Shown one piece after another: positions 11,429-23,092 of a DNA stretch of 64,000 nucleotides. Source of the DNA: Malacoraja senta (Eukaryota); the NCBI GenBank assembly GCA_038087875.1, contig CM075988.1, positions 744,001 to 808,000 on the forward strand, in the 5' to 3' direction. The first letter of the stretch is position 1; the number at the start of each line of letters is the position of its first letter. Under the pieces are notes generated by a model, which saw nothing but the letters and a program-made list of their open reading frames with translations, was not told the DNA's origin and made no database searches. The translations under genes were made by a program, and so were the position numbers.

Positions 11429-11819
11429 TATTAAGATGGAAACCTGCGTAATAACATGTGCTTCTTTCAAGGCCATAAAGAAGCCAAGATTGAAAAAATA
11501 GCCGACGCTCCACAAATAAGCAATAACTTGTTATTGGATAAGCTTGATTTGGACCCAGCTTTTTCCTATATTCTGAAAGGCTATAATCTTTCAATCATGC
11601 CATATTCAGACTTGGTAGGAGTGGTTTACTGATAAGAAAAATGTATAATTGCACTAGGTTTCCTTTGTTCTGTGAGTGGAGCCGTAGAAGCACTGAGCAA
11701 CGTTTGTGGTCTTTGTAGATCTTGCCACTCCAGTCTAACGAATCGATTAAAGATTGGCTTGGTTTACCTTTAACCAGTTTGTTGCTGTCTGCTTTTAAGA
11801 AACAAACTTTGACACACAC

Positions 11820-11962
11820 ACTAGGGAAAATTTACACATACACCAAACCAATTAACCCACATACCTGTACATCTTTGGAGTGTGGGAGGAAACTGAGGAT
11901 CTCGGAGAAACCCCGCGCGGTCACGGGAAGAACGTACAAACTCCATACAGACAGCACCCGGT
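11820..11962 (-). mobile_element. tRNA-derived V-SINE (HE1-like) fragment
   Basis: Matches the central part of the full copy at 39243-39562. Confidence 0.75.
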
Positions 11963-12679
11963 TTTCTCTCCACACATGCTGCCTGACTCACTGAGTGTTT
12001 CCACCATTTTGTTTTTACACCAAAGTTACTCACAGTATGGTTCAATTCCGGACTTTTACTCAGAATAAAGATGGAGTCAAAACCCTGAAAATGCAATTTG
12101 TAGATCCAAGTCAATTGTTTACCCTTCCTGATACTTTCCACCTTCCAATAATGGATGTCAGACAGGCAATTAATTTAGGATGTGAGTGTTTAAGCGATCA
12201 GTGTTTTTTGTGAAGAACGAGAAGTGTCTTTGTGATCGGGCTATTGATCAGGAGCAGTATTGCACATTATTAACAGGGTACAAGAGAGCATAGATGCTGG
12301 ATAACCTTGCAGCAATAAGAACAAATAGATGATTGTCACAATGGGTGTTTAGGTCAGAATAATACATAATGATACATAATGAAGTTAATTGGACAAGGAT
12401 ACTATGATAATTGCATCAAAGGTTGCAGCTAGAGCTAAGAGGGTTCCTTATTCAACATAGAATCTTAACTAACAATACATCTAAAAAATTGATCAGCATT
12501 AGTTTTCTCCACAGGCCCTGCAAAATTGTTGTGCTGTTTTTAATATTCTGTTAAGCTTGGGCTGAGAATCTCGCTGATCCACACAGCAGCCTGCCATTGA
12601 AAGTATATTTGTTGCTCTAGTTTATCAAACCAAAAAGCCCATTCCCATCACATCAAATGTAAACATTTCCACCACTAAA

Positions 12680-13552
12680 AGCCCATGAAAACAGAGGCGA
12701 CCTAGTTGTTCTGTGGTTGGACCTGGCCAATGCCTATGGGTCCATACCGCACAAACTGATTGAGCTTGCACTACACCGACACCATGTTCCCAGCAAGATC
12801 AAGGTCCTGATACTGGATTATTACCATAATTTCAGACTAAGGGTGACATCTGGGTCAGAAACATCAGACTGGCATCGGCTTGGAAAAGGAATAATAACGG
12901 GCTGCACCATTTCTGTTATTCCTTTTGCTCTTGCCATGAACATGGTGGCCATGTCAGCCGAGGTGGAATGCAGAGGCCCCTAACCAAGTCTGGTGTACGA
13001 CAGCCCCCAATAAGAGCTTTTATGGATTACCTTACCGTCACCACAACATCGGTCCCAGGAAAGTAGGTGGATCCTACAATGTCTTGAGAAACTTATCACC
13101 TGGGCAAGGATGAGTTTCAAGCCAACAAAGTCAAGGTCCACGGTGCTGGGGAAGGTGAAGGTGACTGACAGATTCCACTTCTTACTATCCGGAACTGCCA
13201 TTCCCTCCATCACTGAGCAACCTGTCAAGAGTTTGGGGAAGCTTTTTGATGCAACTCTGAAAGACTCTGCCGCCATTCAAAAGTGCATCGAATTCCTCGC
13301 TCACCAAAGTCGACAAGTCAGGTCTGTCTGGCAGATTCAAGGCCTGGATCTATCAGCATTCCATCCTGCCTCGAGTCCTGTGGCCTCTGCTGGTTTATGC
13401 TGTTCCATTGACCACAGTTGAGTCCCTTGAACCCCAACCCCGGCTGGGTCGCCTGGGCGAGGGTGTCTGATGTTGTGAGACCCGAAACACCCGATGACCT
13501 CGGGTCACATCACTGAGGATGCGTCCCAGCGCATCTAGATGTATCTTTCACA
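12680..13552 (+). mobile_element. Hero/R2-like (RLE-type) non-LTR retrotransposon: RT fragment joined to 3' UTR
   Basis: WLDLANAYGSIPH, GIITGCTIS, AFMD and MSFKPTKSRS motifs. 13431-13552 matches the 3' UTR at 16750-16868. Confidence 0.8.
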
Positions 13553-16500
13553 CTGAAGTCTAGCTCAGCCAGTGGCACCTAGGAATAGACTGGGTGACAA
13601 CCAAGAATAGTTTGGTGACTACTGGAGAGACAGTTGACGGCACGGAAAGACGGCACCCGGAACAGGCTGGGTTAGCACCCCAGTCTGTGTCTTTCGTGAG
13701 AAAGACACCCAACAAAGCTATGGAAAGGCCTAATGAAAAATCCCCAAGGCCAGATAGGCTGCATCCCAGAGTACTTAAGGAAGTAGCCCCAGAAATAGTG
13801 GATGCATTAGTGATAATTTTTCAAAACTCTTTAGATTCTGGAGTAGTTCCTGAGGATTGGAGGGTAGCAAACGTAACCCCACTTTTTTAAAGGGAGGGAG
13901 AGAGAAAATGGGGAATTACAGACCAGTTAGTCTAACATCGGTAGTGGGGAAACTGCTAGTCAGTTATTAAAGATGGGATAGCAGCACATTTGGAAAATGG
14001 TGAAATCATTGGACAAAGTCAGCATGGATTTATGAAAGGTAAATCGTGTCTGACGAATCTTATAGAATTTTTCGAGGATGTAACTAGTAGAGTGGATAAG
14101 GGAGAACCAGTAGATGTGTTATATCTGGACTTTCAGAAGGCTTTCGACAAGGTCCCACATAAGAGATTAATATACAAACATAAAGCACACGGTATTGGGG
14201 GTTCAGTATTGATGTGGATAGAGAACTGGCTGGCAGACAGGAAGCAAAGAGTAGGAGTAAATGGGTCCTTTTCAGAATGGCAGGCAGTGACTAGTGGGGT
14301 ACCGCAAGGCTCAGTGCTGGGACCCCAGCTATTTACAATATATATTAATTATTTGGACGAGGGAATTGAATGCAACATCTCCAAGTTTGCGGATGACACG
14401 AAGCAGGGAGGAGGGTGCTAGGAGGCTGCAAGATGACTTGGATAGGCTGGGTGAGTGGGCAAATGCATGGCAGATGCAGTATAATGTGGATAAATGTGAG
14501 GTTATCCATTTTAGTGGCAAAAACAGGAAAGTAGACTATTACCTGAATGGTGGCCGATTAGGAAAAGGGGAGATGCAACGAGACCTGGGTGTCATGGTAC
14601 ACCCATTGAAAGTGGGCATGCAGGTGCAGTAGGCAGTGAAGAAAGCGAATGGTATGTTAGCATTCATAGCAAAAGGATTTGAGTATAGGAGCAGGGAGGT
14701 TCTACTGCAGTTGTACAGGGTCTTGGTGAGACCACACCTGGAGTATTTCATACAGTTTTAGTCTCCTAATCTGAGGAAGGACTTTTTTGCCATAGAGGGA
14801 GTACAGAGAAGGTTCACCAGACTGATTCCTGGGATGTCAGGACTTTCATATGAAGAAAGACTGGATAGACTCGGCTTGTACTCGCTAGAATTTAGAAGAT
14901 TGAGGGGGGATCTTATAGAAACTTACAAAATTCTTAAGGGGTTGGACAGGCTAGATGCAGGAAGATTGTTCCCGATGTTGGGGAAGTCCAGGACAAGGGG
15001 TCACAGTTTAAGGATAAAGGGGAAATCTTTTAGGACTGAGATGAGAAAACCATTTTTTACACAGATAGTGGTGAATCTCTGGAATTCTCTGCCACAGAAT
15101 GTAGTTGAGGCCAGTTCATTGGCTATATTTAAGAGGGAGTTAGATGTGGCCCTTGTTGCTAAAGGGATCAGGGGTTATGGAGAGAAAGCAGCAACAGGAT
15201 ACTGAGTTGGATGATCAGCCATGATCATATTGAATGGCGGTGCAGGCTCGAAGGGCCGAATGGCCTACTCCTGCACCTATTTTCTATGTTTCTCTGTTTC
15301 TATACCCCCAGGAGATCCCGAGAGGGGGGGAGGTGGGAGGATGAGATCTCCAATAGGACAGACCAAAGGTTATTGATCCACGCAAATGACCTGACTACGA
15401 GTATAAGATGCATTTGGGGAAAGCTGTGCAAGAACCACCGTGGCCGAAAAATCCATCAGACGAGAATAAAATGCTCGGAGAAGTAGAAAGAGGTGCAGCG
15501 CACAGGCCTTGAACCTGGTGAGACGCAGGAGGAGCCCGGCCAGGACTCAGACTACAGAGCCCAGTCCCTCCCCGCAGCCTCAACAGTGCAGCACTGTATG
15601 GGACTGGTAACATCTTCCAGCTCCCATTCAGTGGCCTCACGGAAGAGTTTATGGTGGCACGAAGAAGAGAAGCTCTGCAGTACGGGGACTCCAGGGACCA
15701 GAAGGTGTCGTCGGCCGGCATCGAGGTGAGAACAGGGAGGAAATGGAGGACGGAGAAAGCAGTGGAGGTGGCAGAGTCACGCCCAAGGCAAAAGGCATTG
15801 GTGGGAGTCATGGCAACTGGCAGAGCGGGTTTGGGATACTTCCCTAAGACACCGGTTGGCAAGGCCCGGGGCAAGGAGAGTCACCATCTCATCCAGGAAG
15901 AGGTCCGAGCAGGTGTGGAGGAAGAGCGTGTGAGCAGGACGGTGGGGCTCAGGCAGCAGAGAGCGTGGACAAGGTGGGAGAGCTTGGATTACCTGGTCAA
16001 ACATCATGCAGCTAGACCTCCAGCGCATCCGGTTCCTTGTCCAAGCTGTCTACGATGTCCAACCAAGCCCAGCAAACCTCCACATCTGGGGCAAGAGCGA
16101 GACACCTTCCTGCCCACTTTGCTCTGGAAGAGTATCATTAGAACATCTCCTCAGCAGCTGCCCAAAGTCCCTTGGGGAAGGTCGCTATCGGTGGCGCCAT
16201 GACCAGGTGCTCAAGGTGGTTGCTGAGAGCATAGCCACTGCCATCGGTAATGGCAAACACCACCATGCCCCAAAGAAATCAATCACCTTTGTCAAAGCTG
16301 GAGAGAAGCCTCGACCACAACCAAAAACAAGGACGGGCCTCCTCTACACAGCCACTGACTGGCAGCTGCACGTCGATCTGGGAAAACAGCTGAAATTTTC
16401 ACAACACATCACAGCAACATCACTCTGGCCAGACATGATCAACACCTCCGAAGTGACAAAACAGCTGATTATTCTGGAGCTGACAGTGCCCTGGGAAGAG

Positions 16501-16868
16501 CGTATTGAAGAGGCTAACGAGACGAAATGCGCAAAGTACCAGGAACTGGTGGAGATGTGCCAGGACTGCGGCTGGAAGACATACTATGAGCCCATAGATG
16601 TGGGCTGTAGAAGCTTTGCAGGATGCTCACTCTGCAAAGTCCTCAACCAGTTGGGCAGTACGGGGCTGGCAAAAAAGAGGGCCATTCAATCCGCTAGGTG
16701 GCTTTGGATTAAGAGGGCGGTTGCTGCTGGGACGCAAGTTGGGGCCTGATCAACCCCGGCTGGGTCGCCTGGGCGAGGGTACCTGATGTTGTGAGACCCC
16801 AAACACCCGATGACCCCAGGGCACATCACTGAGGATGCGTCCCAGCGCATCTAGATGTATCTTTCACG
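13553..16868 (+). mobile_element. Second Hero/R2-like copy (5' UTR, N-terminal zinc finger, C-terminal CCHC knuckle and restriction-like endonuclease); RT deleted; CR1 inserted
   Basis: Degenerate C..GKLCKNHRG.KIHQ zinc finger near 15405-15470; CPLC...LEHLLSSC; RWRHDQVL; PD...ILELTVPWEE...KY RLE motif in ORF 16006-16749. Confidence 0.82.
13738..15303 (+). mobile_element. 5'-truncated CR1 family B inserted into the Hero-like element
   Basis: Near-identical to 5585-7170; ends in a TTTCTATG-type tail. Confidence 0.92.
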
Positions 16869-17565
16869 CTGCCTTGACAATTTTTAGTCTATTCCCGCCT
16901 TACCTAATTTGTAGCTCACTTTGGTCTTCTGACCCAGCAGCAAATTCAAAACGATACCCTCAACTTCAACAATCATTAAATTTGTGTACACATTGAATAA
17001 CCTTGGCACACAAAACTGAGGGTGCACATTAGCCAACACCCAAAAAACAACTTGCTCCATGGTTTCATGTTTTTTCTTTTAATCCAGTTCCGTACAACCC
17101 ACTAGGCACCCCTGCCCCAACACAAGCGTAACCACCATGCCTATTATCTTTGGTCTTCCATCATTTCACTGCCTCCACTCTCTTTATTGTGCAACATGCT
17201 TAGTCGATGATAACTGTGAATGAATGACATTAAAAGCCAATGGTATTTCAGCCCACAGTTCCATCAGAGGGCAGTGTTGCCCAGTACCACAGCTACTTTG
17301 CCTGTTCTCCCTTGGACCATGACAGTGGCTCCGAATTCACACTATGGACATTTCCCGTCTTACTCTGTATGTATGGTATAAGTAGCAAAGGAAAATTTGC
17401 AGATACTAATTAAAACAAACTTCTGGTGGTGACAACCAGCTAGATTTCACTGCTAGATCTAATTTAGAATTCATTATTCACCTGTTCCCGCTTTTTACTT
17501 TTAAAGTGCACAGTATTAATCTAGGTGTAGATGGTTCATCTGTGAACATGAACCTGTTTTCATTA

Positions 17566-18231
17566 GCGGGACGGTGGTGGAGAGAGTCAACAGCTTTAAG
17601 CTCCTGGGTGCACATACTTCTGATGAAATAACAAAGAAAGCTCACTAACGTCTCTACTTCCTCAGTAGTTTGAGAAACCTAGGCACATCACCACTCTGTT
17701 TAACTTCTATAGGTATACAGTGAAGAGCATATTGACTGGTTACATTCGAGCTGGGTTTAGTATCTCGAACACTCAAGAACAAAGGAGGCTGCAGAAGTGG
17801 TGGACAAGGCCTGGTCCATCGTGGATAATAACCATGAAAGGATTCTGCAGAGGGCATTGCCTCAAGAAGGTGGCTAATAGCATCAAACACCCACCTTGGC
17901 AATGCTCGCATCTCGCTGATACTGTCGAGGAAAAGATACATGAGCCCGAGAACCGTTAACTCCAGATTCAAGAACAACTTCCTCCCATCAACCATTAGGT
18001 TTTGAACAACGCTGCACAACCTTAACCACAGACCTATGTCAGCATCAAACCATTACGAACTTTGCACTACTATGGTTGTTCTATGCACCTTGGTTTTTGC
18101 ATTACCGTGGTCTAATTTACTTAGAATAATTGATCATTTTTGTATAATTATGGCGTTGTTGCATCAAATGTACCTGTAAAGTTGCAGTAAGACTTTCATT
18201 GTTCACGTTCATATCATAAATAATCACTCCT
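17566..18231 (+). mobile_element. Degraded Rex/Babar-type (L2-related) LINE 3' end
   Basis: Translates in pieces to VERVNSFKLLG, RLYFL and SILTG motifs typical of this group. A related copy lies at about 57515-58080. Confidence 0.6.
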
Positions 18232-18824
18232 TTCTTTCTTTTAAAATCTTTTTATTGTTTTTTTTCCAAAAAACAAAAACAAAACATAAAAAACAGAGCA
18301 AAAAGAATAATGATAAACATAACAATGATATTGATACATAGGGATCAGGATTACATTAATAACAGGTATAACCTAATATGAGACCAGTGTCAAAATACCC
18401 ATTGAATATTGACCTCTATGTAAATATAGTTAAATCTTTAAAAGAAAACTTATAAATGTAGCAAAAACACAAAGATAAAAAGACAAAAAGAAAAGGAAAA
18501 AAAGGAAAAGACAAAACCCCCCTAAACTAAAGGGAAAAAAAGAAAGGAAAAGAAATAAAATTAAATAAAATAAATAAAAACAAAGCAAAGCAAAACAGAA
18601 TCTGAACTGAGAATTTCAACAATTTAAGTGTTTGTCGTCAAGTCCGTTCCACCATATAGAGGTAAAATATTTTTTATAACGGTTAAAGAGGGAGCAATTT
18701 ATGTTGTGTGAAAGTGTTGAATAAATTTTCCCCAAGTCTTATCAAATTTAACCAAGGGTTCAACAATGTCACTCCTGATTTTTTCTAAATTTAAACATGA
18801 TATTGTTTCAGAATACCACTGGAG
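18232..18824 (-). mobile_element. 5'-truncated L1/Tx1-type LINE 3' end with 11-bp TSD
   Basis: TSD TAATCACTCCT at 18221-18231 and 18825-18835. Minus strand reads ..LNLEKIR...FDKTW.. (L1 ORF2 C-terminus), then a T-rich UTR, AATAAA and an A-rich tail. Confidence 0.8.
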
Positions 18825-19511
18825 TAATCACTCCTGATTCTCTGTTGTTAGCGCCTTCTGCCCTGAATGCAGAGTGTGGAGTCCGTACTATCTATTTCAA
18901 TGTTAAATCTTGTCTGACAGCTAGGCTTTCTGCAGATATTACAGGAATCGCAATCCCGGCTGCTGTCGCCACCCCTCGACTGCGATGAATGTCGTGGACA
19001 ATCTCTAACTTAAACTGTTCTACTGGCTCAGTACCACGTTGAGAGTTATTGACATCCAATATTGATCTCTTGTACTGAACAGCAACTACAGTACTTTTGC
19101 CCACAGTGGCCACATTATCTGAGGAAACAAGTATATGATCGGTGCAGTGAAAGGATGCCTTCTCCACAGGAACCATGGTGATTAACAATGTCAGAAACAT
19201 ATTCTGCATGGGGAACGAGATGGCACATTCCACTGTGAACGTCAGGGTGCACAGTCTGTAAAGAAACAGAGTCATGCACATTTTATAAAAGAGTTTGATG
19301 TAAACATTCTATAATAGAGGACAAGATTTGTTTTGGCTTGGAGACGATGTGTTCTATAATGAAGAAGAAATCCAAGGAGTCTTATGCAGCCTACACTGAA
19401 GTTTGGTAAACACTGCCACTCTCATTGCCAGAAGCACACAACATTCTGAGTGATCTTCTACTTTCATTCCAATGGCATAGTCCAGTTTGGTGAGTAGGAT
19501 GTGCGGAATGC

Positions 19512-19581
19512 TCACAAAGGCTTCTTCTTCAGCCCAAATACAGCAATCACAAGGACGATCTCAGTACATGCCGGGAGAGCG
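19512..19581 (-). CDS. TMEM107: TMEM107 last coding exon (C-terminus and stop)
   Basis: Acceptor cttaatttgcag, then C + ALPACTEIVLVIAVFGLKKKPL-TGA (AG+C = Ser across the junction). Matches the TMEM107 C-terminus ALPAVTE...VFGLKKKPF. Not in the supplied ORF track. Confidence 0.95.
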
Positions 19582-19669
19582 CTGCAAATTAAGCAGATAT
19601 ACCATGTAATATCAGAATAAGGCATAGTTTAAAATGGACAACAGGGGTAAAAAGGCAATTTAGCAGAGT

Positions 19670-20042
19670 AACATATAAAATTATAAAAGGACTGGACAAG
19701 CTAGATGCAGGTAAAATGTTCCCAATGTTGGTCGAGTCCAGAACCAGGGCCCACAGTCTTAGAATAAAGGGGAGGCCATTTAAGACAGGTGAGAAAAAAC
19801 TTTTTCACCCAGTTGTGAATTTGTGGAATTCCCTGCCACAGAGGGCAGTGGAGGCCAAATCACAGGATGGATTTAAGAGAGAGTTAGATAGAGCTCTAGG
19901 GGATAGTGGAGTCAAGGGATATGGGGAGAAGGCAGGCACAGGTTATTGATAGGGGACAATCAGCCATGATCACAATGAATGGTGGTGCTGGCTTGAAGGG
20001 CCAAATGGCCTCCTCCTGCACCTATTTTCTATGTTTCTATGA
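19670..20042 (+). mobile_element. CR1 3' fragment next to the TMEM107 last exon
   Basis: SRTRAHSLRIKG..VVNLWNSLPQ, CR1 3' UTR and a TTTCTATG tail. Confidence 0.88.
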
Positions 20043-21039
20043 AATACAAGCGTCTGTTCTAGAGGAGTCCCCGGCATTGAGTGCGTCTTCGGGAGTTGGT
20101 GCAGGATGCACAGAAAGCTTTTAGTTTTTAATATATACACTGATATCAACTGAATAGAATTAGAGAGCAGTACAAAACCGAAGGCTCTAAGGCCCACTGT
20201 GCCAGCTCTTTTGAAGGACGCTCTATTTGTCTCTCGTTTCCCATATATATTCTTTATTTTCAAACATTTATCTAAATACTTCTGAAATGACTTTTGAACT
20301 TGCATCTACAATCTTTTCAAGGAGTGTACAGTAGTTTTCTCTTTGCCACTGCGGTTCCTTTCATCAATCACGTGCCCGCTGATTATCCAATGACCAGCCT
20401 TTGGAAACTGTTCATTTTATTCATACATAAATAATCTTTAAATAGCTCCATCAAATCTCCCTAGTTTTAAAGATAATTTCCATTTATATAATATACTGAG
20501 CAATAAAAATAAAACATCCTAAAGTACTTCACTGAGGAGATATCAAATGGGAAACTGATACACACCACACAATAAAGCTGACAACCCAGGCATTTAAAAT
20601 GAGAAAAGTGATAGAGATGATGCAGCAAATCATGTTGCCTGGGCAGCAAGAGGTACAGCCACCAACAAAGGTATAATTCATTTCAGGAGCAGTACTGGGG
20701 CTTAATTGAAAGAGTGCAAATATCTTTTATAGGGGTCAAGGGGTTTGTAAAGGTGGTTAGTAGCAAGTCTTTGGTGTTTGAAAATAATGCGGGCTTTACA
20801 TTGATGTTTTGCCTAACCAGATGTCAGAAAGCACAAGCGTGAAGGGTGAACATGGGGTGCAGGTTTTGTAGAAACACCATTGTAGAGACCTTCAGGTTTT
20901 CAAAAGGCAGAGTAAGGGAATGAGACCATAATAGCTTCAGAATGATCGGATACCATGAATGAGCAGCAGGTGAGCTAGCACAAGGTTAGGCATTGTTAAA
21001 GAGATGAACTGTTCATCTGCAATGCACAGCCACATTGGC

Positions 21040-21240
21040 ACTTGGCAATGCCCAGCAGCGCTGCTGGTAGAGCTGTTGTCTCAGATCCAGCTACCCAGGC
21101 TCAGTCCTGACCTCCACTGCTGTCCATGTGGAGTTTGCATGTTCTCCATGTGATGATGCTTGTTTCCTCCTATGTCCCAAGGATGTGTGGGTCAGTTGGT
21201 TAGCTGGCTCTCCAAATTGCCCCTGCTGTAGGTGGATGGA
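21040..21240 (+). mobile_element. Degraded V-SINE
   Basis: gtggagtttgcatgttctcc...tttcctcc...ccaaggatgtg V-domain-like core preceded by a tRNA-like head. Confidence 0.6.
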
Positions 21241-21367
21241 GGGAATGGATTGTAATGTGGGGAGACGAGGTTAAGAGAAAGTTGGTTGTGAAATGGGATT
21301 GCTTTGTGAGATAGCAGAGACTCAATGGGCTGAGGTGGTCTTTCTGTAAGGAAATATGGTGCAAACT

Positions 21368-22710
21368 AAGTCACCGTGCATCTTAATCTTCTGGATCAGC
21401 CTACCATGAGGGACCTTATCAAAACCTTTACTAAAATCTATGTAGACACAATCCACCACCCTATCTTCATCAATCTCCTTATTCACCTCCCCAAAAAACT
21501 CAATTAAGTTTGTAAGGCAGGACCTGCCGCATACAAAGTTCATTCCCTTCCAAATGAAAGTAAATCCAATACGAATTTTCTCCAATAGTTTCCCTACCAC
21601 TGATATGAGCCACACCGGCTTTTAGTTCCCTGGATTCTCTCCCCTTAAATAAAGGAACAACGTTGGACACTCTCCAGTCCTCCCGGACCTCGCCTGTGGC
21701 TAGAGAAGAAACAAATATCCTCGTAGAGGACCCTGCAATCTCCTCTCGTGCCCCCCTCAATAACCTGGGATAGAATCCATCAGACCCTGGGGACTTATCC
21801 ACCTTAATGTTCTTCAAGAGCATCAGCACCACCTCCTTCTCAATCTCAAACTTCCCCAGCATAGTTGTATTCTCCACACTGATCTTGCTGTCCTCCAGGA
21901 CCTACTCAATGAATACAAATGAAAATAACTCATTTAGCATCTCACCTATATCATCTGACTCCATTAATACCCTCCTTTATCTAAGAGCAGTCCTACTTTC
22001 TCCCTGTTCACCTTCTATTTTTAATATATGTATAAAAAGTGAATCCAACTCACCAATAACATTTCATGGACTCTTTTGCCACTTCTTGCCCACGAGTTAT
22101 TTCCTATTCACTTTATATTGCTCATAAGCCCCGTCTAATGCCACCTTCTTAAACCTGACAAACGCTTCCTTTTTCTTCCTGACCAAGTTTACAACCTCCT
22201 TGGACATCCATGGTTCCCCATCCTGCCATCCTTATTCCTCCTCTTTGCTTGAACATGTTGATCCTGCACTTTGATCAGCTGGCCTTTAAACAACTCCCAC
22301 ATATCATCTGTGGATTTGCCCAATAACAACTGCTCCCAATCTACCTCCCTAGCTCCTGTCTAATGGCATTGTAATCTGCCTTCCCCCAACATCCATACTT
22401 CTCTCTATTTAAAACAATCTTAAAACTTATGGAGTTGCGATCACTATCTCCAAAATGTTCTTCCACCTGGCCAGGCTCATTTCCAAATACAAGGTCCAGT
22501 ATGGTCCCTCCTCGAGTCAGACTGTCCACATACAGTTTAAGGAAACCTTGGAAACACCTAACAAATTCAGCCTGTCTAATCCTCTTCTTTGCCCTCTCTC
22601 CCACTCTGTCTACTTGTGTTGCCACTTTCAGGGAGTTGGAACCCAAGATCCCTCTGTACATCCATGCTGTTCGGAGTCATGCCAGTGATGGTATATTTTC
22701 ATCTTACATT
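21368..22710 (-). mobile_element. Older degraded CR1 ORF2 fragments
   Basis: Minus-strand ORFs with KSPGSDG, VVPLFK, SCLTNL, DFSKGFDKVPH and LDLVFGNEPGQV. Confidence 0.8.
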
Positions 22711-22980
22711 TGACAATTTGTCTTTCCTCTAGCTTCACAATTCACAATGCTTCAATCCTTTTGTCTCACACCTCTGTCTTTTCATTGCTGGCTTTTGTCC
22801 ACCATCTGCCTATCAAACCCTCACCAACCAACCCTCCCCCCTCCCCCTCTCCCCCTCACCTGTATCAACCTATTACCTGTGAAGGAAGGAACTACAGATA
22901 CTGGTTTAAACCAAAGATAGACACAAAAAGCTGCAGTAACTCAGCGGGACAGGCAGCATCTCTGAAGAGAAGGAATGGGT

Positions 22981-23008
22981 GACGTTTCGGGTCTAGACCC
23001 TTCTTCAG
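22981..23008 (-). ncRNA. Minimal hammerhead-ribozyme-like motif in a Penelope-derived repeat
   Basis: CTGAAGA-A-GGGTC-TA-GACCC-GAAAC-GTC: CUGANGA box, stem II, GAAA box and NUH. Stem I is only about 2 bp. Confidence 0.5.
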
Positions 23009-23092
23009 ACTAGTTAGGGATAAGGGGAACGAGAGATATAGACGATGAAGAGATAAAGAACAATGAATTAAAAATATGCAAAATAGTAACAA

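Noticed and set aside
11769..11789. 21-nt micro-exon on the minus strand (cag|ACAGCAACAAACTGGTTAAAG|gtaaac)
   Set aside because: Weak polypyrimidine tract, unrecognised peptide, and easily arises by chance.
13460..13495. Hammerhead ribozyme in the Hero-like 3' UTR (CTGATG...GAAAC)
   Set aside because: The core reads CTGATGT rather than CUGANGA, there is no stem II, and the flanks pair with each other instead of forming stems I and III.
18892..19281. 129-aa ORF downstream of the TMEM107 stop
   Set aside because: No recognisable motif; it lies in the presumed 3' UTR.
16870..19511. U8 snoRNA (SNORD118), which lies at the 3' end of mammalian TMEM107
   Set aside because: I looked by eye for the U8 5' end and box C/D pattern on both strands and saw no match. 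An Infernal search with the Rfam U8 model would be decisive.
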